Source: Tubiluchus corallicola
Lineage: Eukaryota > Animalia > Priapulida
Length of the DNA: 64,000 nt
NCBI GenBank assembly: GCA_030141605.1
Contig: JAQGDQ010000064.1
Span: forward strand, 486,116-550,115
Direction: 5' to 3'
The position numbers were made by a program, and so were the translations under genes. The notes below the pieces were generated by a model. That model was not told the DNA's origin, made no database searches, and saw only the letters and a program-made list of their open reading frames with translations. Numbering within the stretch: the first letter of the stretch is position 1; every line of letters begins with the position of its first letter. Below, piece by piece: positions 11,128-24,456 of this stretch.

Positions 11128-14100
11128 TTAAAATTTTCTAGGACTAACAGCTATTTGCTCCACCTTAAAGGAAGAGTTAAAATTGTGTGAGTTGTCGACA
11201 CCTTTATTATCAGGTTGCTGTTCTTCAAGTATAACGGCTGACAAAAGTCTCTTTTTTAACACATGCTGAGGATGATTGCTACGGGGGTTGGAATTAGTTG
11301 CTTCCGTAAAACCATTCTGCACATTCGATGCGGGTATCCTAATTACTATATTGTTATGATCACCACTAGTTGGAAATGTTGCAACAGGTTGATTCATTTG
11401 TATTGTAGAAACATTTGCAAAATTTCCAACACTAGTTCCATCATTAGTGGCTATCAGATACGATTGACTATGCGGTGAATCAGACTCGTTTTTCAATTGA
11501 AAATTTGTTTGGAAAACTGCATTATCAGAAATAACTACATTTCGATTTTCTGGTGTCGCACTACTAGAAGTTGTAGTTAGGCTCGCACAAGTTGTCTGAT
11601 TTTGCTGACAAGTGTTAGACGTAACAAACTGCAGCCCAGACTGAAATGCTGTCTGGTGCCTGCCATTTCCCACTCCCACATGTTGATTGGAACTAATATC
11701 TTGATTGTGAGCAACCAACTGCACTTGTTGTTGAACAGGTATTGTTATTTGTTGGCTAGGAGAAGTTACCACTCGTATACTTTGCATGGTAGGCGCCACA
11801 GTTTGTAATCCCTGTTGGCCTGATGTTGTACTACGTTGATCAGCGGTTCCACTAATGTCAGAACCACTGGAAGGTCCACCGGATAAGAAAAGATGGCGAA
11901 CTCCTTGTTTTTCGTGTGACATCATTTGAGGTTTAGTTACTGCAATGTTTCTGTCATAATCTGACATCAATACTGCATGTGTGTCATTTGGCATTGGTGC
12001 TTGTAGCCTAGTAGGACTCATAACCTGCTGCCCGCTGGACACAACCACTCCAGAATTTGCATGTTGATGACCTGAAGAAAGAACATTTTCACTAGAGGTA
12101 AACAACTGTCCATTGGCTGTAAAAACCAAATGTCTGGGAGCTACTACCTGTTGGTTATCAGTAATGATAAGTTGCTGATTGGGAGTTGCAGTCTTCTGTT
12201 GTACAACTGGTTGTCTATCAGTTCTGATAAGTTGGTGCTTAGGTGTCACAAGCTGCGGTGCAGTAGTAACAAACTGATGCCTAGACGTTGGATTTTGATT
12301 CCCGAAAGTTGTTACGTGTTGTTGAGCTGATGCAGCTTGAATGTTACAAGCTACTCCAGAATGCTGTCTAATTTGCTGACCAGTGACATACTGCTGTCTG
12401 GCAGTTTGCGCACAAGTTGGTACCTGAAGTCGAGATCCTGTATTCTGGTGCACACCCGCTATCACGATGTGCTGTCTCGGAGTTTCAGTTTGTGGTATAC
12501 CAGTTATTACTAGCTGCTGTCTGGGTAGACTAGCTGTTACAAGATGCTGCCTAGGTATTACAGTTTGAACTGCTCCAGATGTCGCAAGTTGCTGTCTGGG
12601 TGTTAAACTGTGAACTGTGCCACTTGTCACGAGTTGTTGCTTGGGTCTGGTGGTTTGAACTGCACCAGTTGTCACAAGCTGCTGTCTGGGTGGTAGAGTG
12701 TGAACTGCATTATTTGTCAGGAGTTGCCGTCTGGGTGTTACCGTCTGAAAAGCGTCAGCTGATACATATTGCTGCGCAGGCGTCCCAGTCTGGAGTACAC
12801 TACTTGATGTAACCTGTTGCCTAAGTGCAGTAACCTGTCCATTTTGCTGAAACACTTCTGACTTGGGGACCCCCTGTTGCCTGGCAGTTAACTGCTGTTG
12901 GTTACTGGGTGGAATTAGTTGTAAACTCCGAGCTACAACTTGATGCTTTGCCAGTGTTTGTCCATGCAAGAGTTCAGACTGTCGATTCTGTAAGCTTTTA
13001 TTCGACCCCAGCAGCTGCTGCACAAATGGTGTGGATGACTGTTGCTGCTCAGTAGATGCAGGTTGAGCACTAGAAAACATTTCATTTGAGTTTGATATTT
13101 GATCATAACCAACAACTTCCTGACGATACTCAGTACCGACATTCTGCTGGCTGTCACTGTTAACGACTTGCTGGGCAGTGGAAGCTGCTGCATGCTGATG
13201 AGTATTGGACAAATCTTCACTCGAGGTTACTTGAGGCGACTGCAGACGTAAAGGAGAAGCCGAATCCTTGACCTTGTCAATGGGCATTTGGATTATGAGT
13301 TGATTTGACTGTTTAACTTGAAGAATCCGCGACCCCTGAGGGATGCTCTTCAGGTCCAATTGTTGATATTTCTTAGTTGTTTCATTCTGCACTAGCACCA
13401 TCTGAAATAAACAAATTGTTTTAATACACTCCTTTGCACCGTTTAATCGTAAAAATAAACACCGTACCAAGCTTTAGATGCATTAGCCTAAAACAAAGCC
13501 AGCAGACCTAATGCAGCTGTATTAAAAAGTCAGTCAGTTAAAGTATACAATTATTTCATATATGGTGTCCTCCTAGGAGTTGTTAAATCACAGATTATAT
13601 CAAATCAAGACAGGTTACATTAAATTAAGATTTATATACTTTCTTTATAAAAAACGTGTTAGTTCAAACCTTATGCTTATTATCAAAAACTGAATATTTA
13701 CAGTATTGTGTATTAAATTTCAAAGTGCCAAAGGGTTAAAAGTCCTCAAAGAACTGTAAAAGACAAATTTTAAGATGGCTACTGATGAAGACAAAACATT
13801 AGTTTAAGTTGTCTTTCAGTGCTTACGTTCAAACCTTCACACACAAAAATAATTGTAGTTTTTTATCAGATTTGGCTGAATGATGAAACCAGACAAATAT
13901 TTAGCTTTTTACCATGTTACCATACAGCAAGACACTTATCTAAAAGAACTAAATATTTGTGACAGTGGGTAGCATGGTAAAATTAAGTAAAATGCATGGT
14001 ACATATACAAACTGACCCAAGAACTAAATTGCCAGACATATTGATCATTGAGTCTCAAGCAAAATCGAGCATACAAGATTTTATTCTGACCACTAAAGAT

Positions 14101-17100
14101 TTAATATAAAGTCAAGATCAAGGCTAAATTTCATTTGTGCCTTTGTTCTAAATTCTGTATGACATACAAACGAAGCTTAATAACTTGGATTAGGTATTTC
14201 AAGATCGTATAAAAAACTCCGCAACAATTATAAAAATTTTGCAATGCAAAGCTTTAATACTTGCCTGCTGTTCTTTGTGTGGTTCACCAGGCACAGGTTG
14301 AGATACAAGATAAGCTTTAATGCTGGTGAATTTCTCTGGTTCTGATAGCATACTCTGAGTCTTTTCTGGTTGCGATAACTGTTGTGCATTAGGTGGAGTG
14401 GCTGCACTAGATGTTTGACCTCTCACAAAGTTTGTATTTGTTTGGGGCGAATAAGTTGCACTGGGTGTCCCAATTCTTATATTTGCAACTGTAGGTGTGC
14501 CAACTCTTACATTTGCAAATGCAGACGTTAAAGTTCTTGCGACAGTTGTAGGCGTTGCAGCTCTAACATTTGATGTTGTAGGTGTCCCAACTCTGACGTT
14601 TGCTATTGTAGGTGAACCTATTCTAACATTTGATGTTCCAGGTCTCACAGAGTTTGCTGTCGTCTGGATTGAATGAGAAGTAGTCAATTCGCACGATTTA
14701 CTAGGCATGTACATGTGAGTGCTTTGTTTGTGATCAGATAAGACTGCATTGAGATCAGACTGTGAAATGATCATAACTTGTTTGTTACCAGTCTGACTAT
14801 CAGATATGGGCAATAGTTTTTTCATTGCTGTTCCTGTTGGATTTTTTAGTGCTGCAATAATCGCACTGTCCAAAGCACTGACCTTCTTTGGAGTTTTTAC
14901 GAATCTCTGTAGAGATGTTAGAGAACCAGAGTTACTTAAGCTTGCTGGAGAAGATGCCATAGTTCTCTGCTCGTTGGTGTTAACAACCTGCCCTTCTTTG
15001 TCGACCAGTAATATGCTGCCTTCGTAAGGTGTAGAAATTGGCTGAGATAGTCCTGTCAAGGCTGGGTTGCCACTACCACTGATTTGGCGTGCCTTTGCTA
15101 GATGACGAGGTGGTTTAAGAGTAGCAGGTCGTTTTTCTTCACTCTCAGATGACTCCGAATCAGCCTCAACGTCACTTTCAGTCTAAATAGTAAAAACCAA
15201 AAACCGTGATATACCATATATGTATAAGAGAAAACAAATCTATAATAGTAACTGTAAGAACTGACTACTTATAAACTGCAACAGCGCAATTTTTTCATCT
15301 GCGCTCGATGTAAGGCAGCTATCATCTTATGAGGAGAGCCCACAGTAGGTAATATTGATAAAGTTGAGAGTTGGTACAACAATTACAACGACAACGTTTA
15401 AGCTACATTAACACCAGTTGGCATCTTATTACAGTGCCAAATATACAATTTTGATTTATTGTATTTACATACTTTACTGTAAGAAAGTGTTATGATTAGG
15501 TGTTTTATGTATATTAAAACATAAGCAGTCCATACTAGGTACCTTATTCATTTCGCGTGTAATTGCTGCTAGATTCTGACGAGCTCGACTAGTGGCTTCT
15601 CTTCGCGGACGCACAGATCGGTGATAATCAAGATGGCGAGCATGTGATACCTGTTTTGTATAAAACTTTATGAAGAATTATTTAGACTTTGTAACAATTA
15701 ATTTAGAAACTCACTGTTTTGTCTATGTACAGTAAAATGTAGTTCACAGGATGCATCCACTTCAATGCAATAAAACATCAGTAAACATCTATTATTAAGA
15801 AAATATGTATCTTGACATGCACTGTAATAGAATATAAAGATATTATCTCGTTTTACATGTAGTAATGACAGAACTAATTAGAGGAAATCAGGATTATCAT
15901 TAAAATTCAAAATGGTCGTGCAATGATGGTACAAAAATAATCTTGTGGTATGCTGAAATAAAATAATGGTAAACGACTCTTGACATCTTTTTCCTCGCCA
16001 ACTTCTTCAAGTTAATTCACCCTCTTACAACAGGAAACAGCAGAAAATGAGAAAATAGCAGCAACTAACCGAAAAATCTTCATCACTGTCAGCCTCTTCC
16101 AATGGCATATATTTTTTAAGCAACTTCTTGAATATTGTTTCTGTAGTTTTTGCCATATAGGAAATTTCTGTAAACAAAGCATATAGCTAATTTAAAACAA
16201 ACAAAATATTTCTTATTAACTATTATAATCGTTACTTAATGTTTGAATACGGACTAGCTATCAGTTTAAAAGCTCCACTGTGCACTAAAATCAGTCTTCT
16301 AAAAACAATGTTAATGATGTTAACTCTCGGGCCATGGTTGAACTTTTGTATAATGCTGATTATCGACTGGAAGCTAAAAACTATCGTATTTTCTGTCAAA
16401 TCACCACATTAACGGCCGAGTAGTGTTACCACTTATACCATGTGTGTATAATTGTCAGGGCATACGTTCACATTGTACAATATGATAATCGATGATATAC
16501 GATGATGTAGTAATGCAAAATAAAAAACTAAAAAACAAAGCATGAAAAAGTGTGCAATGACAAATCAGGAGTCAGAGTTTTCAAGCAGTTTATTTTGCAT
16601 TACAGTAATTCTGATAAGCACAGTACACACTTCCATGAAAACAACCCCTCGGAAACATTATGATTTAGGCTAAAAGGTGTGATAATAATACTATGTCATT
16701 AAACATGTAAAAACAACAGCTACCAATGCTTACCACTTCCTGGGCCATTATACTGACGACAATTGCTAAAAATTAGGTCAAAATCTTTGGCAAACTGTTC
16801 ACGAGATTTATACTTCTTCGCTTCAATCTTTTTCTCAATAGTGCGCAAATTCATCGGATGTTCAATAATATCAAAATAACCGGGTGCAATTTCTTCGTCT
16901 ATAGGCTCCACAAAAGGCCATGCATTTCTGTGTGTCTGTACTCCTTCCAGGACTGTAATAAAATTAAAACATCAATTTCTGACAAAACAATTTATAACTT
17001 ACATACATTATAGAAATAGTACATAGTCATAGAAAAGCAATGCGAAAAAGCTACAGATGCATTCATGATTACGACATTTGCTTGCAAACGCTACATAGCA

Positions 17101-20100
17101 CATACAGCAATACAAAAATTAACTATTGTGACGGTTACTATTCAAATATCATAAATCAAGGTCACAAACAATGTTTTGAAAAAATAATTACTTACTTTTC
17201 TGCATTCCAGCATATAATTCTTCATCCATACTGCAAATAAAAACAAAACAAATGAAACTAATACAAATTAAATGCAGAATTCATATAAAGATAAGAACAA
17301 TAATAGCTAACTTTTAAATACGGTGCACTCAGAGCTATGTATAATATAAACAGACTTCTACATTAATACTAGATAATGATATAATGTACTCTGTTGTGAT
17401 TTAAAATAAAGTTTTACATGTTTATTGAAAAAATGATAAAATGCGATTTAATATTGAGAGACTACAATGAATATAAGTGCCGTTACTTCATTAAAAATAA
17501 CAAACAAATAAATTAGACAAATACAAACTCACCCATTTTTATGTGTTGGATAAACTGGCTGATAATTAAGCAATTCCGGTGGAACCTCTTTGCCTTGCTG
17601 AATATAAACTGCTCTTTCTTCACGCAATCTTAGCCTCATAGCACGTTCTATAAGAAACAAAAAATTACTACTATGAAAATCACTACCTACAGATATTTTT
17701 TACACAAAACTATCAAAAACCGAAGAAGAAAAATACAAACTCATTGTCTGTATGATTATGATTAATTACCTACCTTCTCTGGCAGCTTGACGTTGTGCCC
17801 TAGCTATTCTTCTCTCTTCTTCTCTCTTTTCTTCTAAAATCCGTTGTTTTTCCTCGTCTTCTAGACGCTTCCTTTCCTTTTCCTCCTGATCAAGGATAGC
17901 TTGCAATTGTTCCTGAGATTGTAAACACATTATTAAACTGGTAACATTAGAAAGTGCCCCCCTGCAAAAGGTATACTGTACCTTTATTTTTTAAGAGGTT
18001 TGTGAAAATTCTTTACATTCACAACAAAAAACTATAGATTTTCCAACATAGAGAAAATAAAATTCCACTAAACAGTATTCTGTTACCAAAACTGTTATAA
18101 CATTGAGTAATTAATACACACCAATCCCCATATGATAAATGAAAGTACAGAAACTCATAGATTTTCTTAACACCCACATGTATGAAAGTGATCAGAATTG
18201 GCTTCCCAAAAATGCTCATAATGTTTCCAAAAAACCTATATTAGTGTCTATATTAAGAAAACATTGGTGACTTCATCTTGATTTGGATAACAAGTGCAAA
18301 CACTCAATATAGTGAGTGCACACCTATTCTCAGCCTGGGTGTCATAACAAGCCATAATATGGATGAATAACCTAAAACAATGGATAATAATGGTTGTTCA
18401 AATGTCTTTACGATTACTGTGTCTTAGCAGTAATTCATGTTAGTATAACAATAATACCTGTTGTTCTTGCTCCTTTCTCTTACGGTCTAGTCGTGACGAT
18501 GACCGTCTAGGAACAAATTCAAGTAATCGTTTCTTTATTAACTTCTCCTGGAGAAAAATACACTTATTAGTAAAGTCAAATGGATGAAAACTGTCATTAT
18601 GTTAACTCAGCTGCAAGTTTGAATGACATATTAAGTTTGCCAGTATAAAGCATTGAGGGTTATGGCACTATGTGAAAAACTGGAATGATTTACTGAAAAT
18701 TTTAGCAGAAGCTACCCTACATAGTACCATACATTATATGTGATGCAAAATCTCAAGCTGTACGGTCTGAGCATCGTATGCTATGTAATTGTACTATGTC
18801 AAATGTTATTAGATTAAATCAGTATACCAATATTAACTTTAATTCCTTATGTGTTCTTTTTAGATCTAACAATGCAATCGCCAGTATAAATGCAGTAGTC
18901 AAAATAATTAAACTATATATTTCAAAACCGATACTTTAATTTTTATCTGCTCATTCAAAATTCAGTAAACAGCTCATACAATTTGATCCTACAGTTGTTT
19001 ACAAATAGTGTCTTATAAAGTCAGTTATTCTTTTTAATTTAATGTTATATTTGACATAACTTTAATTTTTAGCTGTCTAACATGAATTTGTATGTAACTG
19101 CTCTGTACATTGCAAGCCTGTATTTTTATCTGTATGAACATTTAGACTCAGAGTTACCAATATTATTTTTATTTTGGACTAACTTATTACAACATTATGT
19201 GTGATGTATTATTAATATGCTTTATCCTGTTTCAATAAATTCAATTCAGTTCCACTTCTTCAAAAATGTTCTACTGTAGCTTTACTACTTAGTATCTGTA
19301 GAATGAGTGGAATTATTGCAACATACAGTAAGTGGTTTACCTTTTCAATATGCAATTCGGCAATTTCAGGCAAGAAGCTGTCTTTGAGTGTTTTGTAAAG
19401 ATCCCGTTCACATTTGACACGACTGCTTTTATATTTCTCAGCTATTGCATTCCACTCTTCTTCAGTATTGGCAGCAACAAACCATCGTCTAGGCTCTACA
19501 AAAGGCAAAAACATGAAAACAAGTTTTATTTGCAAATGAAAAAATAAACTACGAAACCTTTTCAGTGTTACTTGATTTTTAAAGTTGTAAAATTTCATTC
19601 TTATTTACACAAATCTTTGTTTTTTGTTTTCCTTTCTGTATACACTATTTTTTAAGGATGAATTAAACTGAAGTTGCAAGAGTGAACAACACAATCACAC
19701 CAATGTGCCTAAGTACATGTGAAGTTGCCTGATTTCATTATCACCAGAATGCTTAACACACCACAAACATTATCACTATTTTGCTATAGTTTAAAATCCA
19801 AGGATGAAAATTAACAAAATTCAATGGCATAAAATTATGGACATTGTCAGGAGTTCAAGACATTCCTGTCACTTCAACCAATCTTACCTGGTGGAGATTC
19901 TGACTTTACAATATTGTCTAGACAGTTAATCCGCATCTCACTGTTTACCACTTCTTTCTTTATTTCAGTGTGTTCCTCTTCCACTTCCATTTTCACCTCT
20001 GTATCCATTTTCACATCTGTCTCTATTTTAATTTCTGTCTCCATTTTCTCCACTTCCTCCACTTTCTTCACTGCAGCACTGAAAAAGGCAAAAACATCAA

Positions 20101-23100
20101 CTACAAGCCTATGTGGAGAACGAAATTTAAAATGCCAATATAGAAAATGATGCAAACATTCTGAAATCATATAAAAAACACTATTTAAAGTTCTAAGCAA
20201 AAACAAATTTTTGGACTACGCAAACTGTTTAAAGACAAATAATTACCCGGTTTCTTCGGTTTCTTCAACAAGCACTTTTCTCGGACGACCTCTTCCTCGT
20301 TTAGGCGTACTTGCTGTGGCAACACTTGCTTTACTAAAACATACACAGGTGCAAATTAACAACTCTGCTAAAAACAGTGAACTAGAAAATGTTGCTCATT
20401 TTACATTACTGTACTTCATCACAGTCCTATAAATTTTATATATACAGTAGGTGCCGCTCAATAGGCTCACTTTGGGACCGACGTGTTTTGACCCAATTAA
20501 CTGACTAAACCTATTAACCGGTGAACGTAGTATTACAAGTACAGAAGTATGACTCATCAGCTTACTATATGCACTGCATACGTTTTTAATGAATTTTAGA
20601 AACGAAGTAATGCCTAAATTCCCTTGTGCAGTCAAAAATTAGAAAAATATTCTAATATATTAATTTATATAAGTGAATTAGCAATAAATTAAAAAGTATA
20701 CTTTTCTAAATCACAGACTTTTCTAAGTCTGTTTATTTGCAAAAATTTCAAAAACTCCTTCCAAGTCAGCTGCTTCATTTTCTTGCAAAGAAGTCGGCCC
20801 ACAAAGTTCTCGTAATTATAAAAACGTTGAAAATCTGTTGTTGTGTGTGACTAAAACTGTTCTGAATCATCTGTTCACTTACATTGCCCTCATTTGCTGT
20901 ACAATGTTTACTCTTGTAAGTCACAAGGAATACCAGCTGATTACTGTACCTGCATCTTTGACTGTTAACTCATCAAGCATGAAAGCATGATTTGCAACGA
21001 GAGCATCACAAGGAAACCGCTAGGCAAGTGATTAAATGTTTAGCGTCCAGAAAGTCTTAAGGTACCAGTGGGCGAGCGGGTAACAGATTCAAAGCAAAAC
21101 CGCTAAGCTAGCGTATTAGCGCATGATAAACGTACCTGCTTACAAAAAAAACGGTACTTAACATGATTGTTTCTACCTATATTACAGTGCACAAAAGGGA
21201 AGTAAAGATGACATAAAACTAGGAAAGGCTCTTTGGGCACATGCAAATAACTTATTTTAAGTAGGCGAAAGAAAAATATTGAACCAATTATGCTGAGTTA
21301 TTTGAGTCAATTACCGATAGTTTTTATGTATATTTGAATAGAAGCAGCCCGTTCCATGGCGTTTTTGAGTCAATTAAGTGATTGAGCCTATTAACCATGA
21401 GTCTATTAAGCGGTGCCTACTGTAAAATCATATATAACATATCAGTATTGCAGCATATATAACATAATATCAGCATTGTAGCAATATATAAACTGTAGTG
21501 TATATGTATACGTATAACTATAGAACTATAGACAGCAATATATATATATATATATATATATATAGGCCTAATGTATTTATTTATGCATTCGTTGACAGTC
21601 AAAGTACATTAATATAGTTCATTTTGATTAACAGAGAAATATTGATAACATGCAAAGTTTCATAAAAATATCTATAATTAAATTTGCTCAGACAAATTTA
21701 GTAGTACACACGTGTAGAAATGTTTCGCATAAAACTGCATACTCCGTTAAACAATCTGATTTAAAAACGTTGGTAATATAGAGTAAAATACCTGTCATCG
21801 ATTTTGTGCTTTCTAGGTCGACCTCTTCCTCTTTTTGGTGGTTCTTCTTCTTCTACATCTGACCTTGATTTTTTTCTTGTTTTGCACTCACCATCACTGG
21901 AATGATTTGAACGGTTCCTCTTCTTCTTGTTTGAAGAGTGCTTTCTGTATTTAGCATAAACAAAATTTGTATTGAAGCAGTTAAAAAGAGGCACGCTGAG
22001 TCTCTCTACGAACTAACTGCATTACAGTCACAAACTGTAAATCCAAAATTGCTAACTAGCGCATACACACATGCATACAGTGATGAACTATAATATCACT
22101 GCCAGTGGCAAAGTGACAGTGACATCAACATGAATTAAAAAAGCAGTTCAGCAAAATGTTCACAAATAGCTTCCAAAAAAATAACAGTAATACATTAATA
22201 ATGACCAAAAAATAGTAACCACTTCTCAGCACATTTGCTTCTTTAAAACACATATTAGCTTCTAGTTTTCAGTTTGGACTACACAGAAGTGATGTAAATC
22301 AACATAAAAGTGTAAGGAGTTACATCTTAAAAAAGTAAGTTAGTGAAGTGGCAAAATGTTGAGTAAAATAAGTAGGTGTTTCAGAGTCAAAAGTCAGAAA
22401 CTATAAAAACCTGCCAATCGAGTGTGGATAACCAGTGAAATGGTCAGCGACCTTGAGTTTCTGGCTAAAGTGGTTCAACGTTGAATGGGCAATCAAACTC
22501 AGGTTCTTATGTTAGTGGAGTTTTCAGTGGGTGGGTTCAAGGTAAAAAGCCAATCACAGCCCAAAATTTGTAAGAAGTTAGTACAAGGCTGAAAAACCAA
22601 CTTAAAGAATGTTCAGATGGGTATCTTCCAAAACCACAGTATTATCTAGTTCCTCTTTAAATTGGGACACTTTGTTTGTCGAAAAAATCTTAGAGAACTA
22701 AATATGTCACATTACTTCATAATTCAGAATCTGGCATATGTTACTAATAGGCAGGATATATGCCTTACCATTACGATGAAATAATGCAATTCTTGAAATA
22801 ATGCAATTTAGCTTTTAGTGTTAGTCAAAATCACAAATTTTTTTCAGCAATTTTCACTGCATGTACATGACAACTTGTTTCAATTTCATTAGATTGTGAG
22901 CATAAGAATTTATAAACCATTGCAGCTTATTTTTCAACAATTACTAACCTAATGGATAAAAAGTGGAAAAAAGACTGGAATGAAAAAACTGTGAGCAGAC
23001 AAACTTGAACCAGGGACCTTGGGATTAGACTTCTCATCCCCTGTCATTCTTAATAAAACATGTACTAATAAAAAATTTACTTGTACTAAATACAGATACA

Positions 23101-24423
23101 GAAAAAATTAGTTAAATGTAATTTACATAAAAATTTACGCAAGTTATATACTTAAAAAATAAATTAGTTTGTAAGCTACACAAACACACCGTTTGCCTTT
23201 TTCATTCTTCTTAGAATCCTCTGGTTCTGGAGGTGGTTTAGGAGGCGGATCTTCACGATATAATCTAGTTCCGTAAAAATACCAATAGGTGGCGTCGGTT
23301 GCATCTTTTCCGACTGGCTCAACTCGCAAGCAGTTGGCATCTAATCCCTTTTAAGAAAAGAACAAGTTAAACTTTGTCAAATTGTTCCATCTAATACACT
23401 ATATTGGGTTTCTCAAAAACGATACAGTGAAAAGAGGAACCGACTGATGCAACAAAGAAAAAATAATATTTGTAACTATTATTTGCTAATTACGTTACTT
23501 ATGTTATTAAAAATAACAGTTATATACTTACGGGAAAAAAAACAAAAGGGCTAAATCTTTCAAAAAATGTTCCACTGCTTTTTACATTTAGAACTCTGAC
23601 TCCCTAATATATTATATACATTATTTTCAATAGTTTACTACTCTTAGACATTATCATTGTGTCATTCTGCAAAATGCCAATTACAAGAACATGCTGTTGT
23701 TTTTCATCACAGTTTAATGTTGCTACCTTAGAATCACTATGCCATTTGGTAGGTTGTGCAGTGTACACCTCTCTTATCTTTGAAAAAAGAAGAAGGTAAA
23801 CACACCACTTACTTTGAGCGTGTCAAATACATCAAGAGCTTCTAGTCGCCAATCACAAATAGCATGAATGATGTCAACCTTTTGGCTGCAAATACAAACA
23901 AATATTGCTTAAATGATTAAATCATTTACATAGTTAGGAAGATTCACTGATTGATCCTTTTTCAAACCCTTCATAACAGCAAACGAGGAAACAAAAGCAA
24001 ACATGCAGAACTGCTTAAACACAAATTTTCCGGAGTAGTTCAATGCAGATTGGACGGAAATTATTAAGTATACTGAAGTTTATTATGATCTAACAGCAAC
24101 TGCATTTTATATTAGTATTATTCTCTTAGCAAAGTGGCTATTATTCAATTAAATGTGCAGTGCATTGGTAGGTCCAGTGTCAAAAGCAACATAACTTAAA
24201 AATAATATAATTTGATTTGATTTTTTGTTTTGTTTTGTTTCTTCTTTGTTTTTGTAACTTTTTCAATTGTTATGTCACAATCTGGACTTTATCAATCATG
24301 TTATAATCAGTTCTCAAATGACAGATTAGTGATTTGTATTTGTTGCAGCTAAGAAGCACTTAAAATATTTCAAATTGCACAAATGACAGTGGTTCACACT
24401 TTTGAACTACCTGCCTATATTAA

Positions 24424-24456
<33 letters not shown>

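Noticed and set aside
11263-13220. Several antisense or alternate-frame ORFs within the CECR2 last exon, and similar short ORFs elsewhere in the track
   Set aside because: By-products of coding or low-complexity sequence; no recognisable domains or splice support.
11128-15059. 780-aa and 286-aa ORFs as independent novel genes
   Set aside because: They splice in phase to the CECR2 bromodomain exons (acceptors at 15182 and 13401, GC donor at 14264).
15975-16023. Extra purine-rich CECR2 exon
   Set aside because: The available acceptors give in-frame stops and the upstream intron would be under 50 nt; flanking exons already join in phase.
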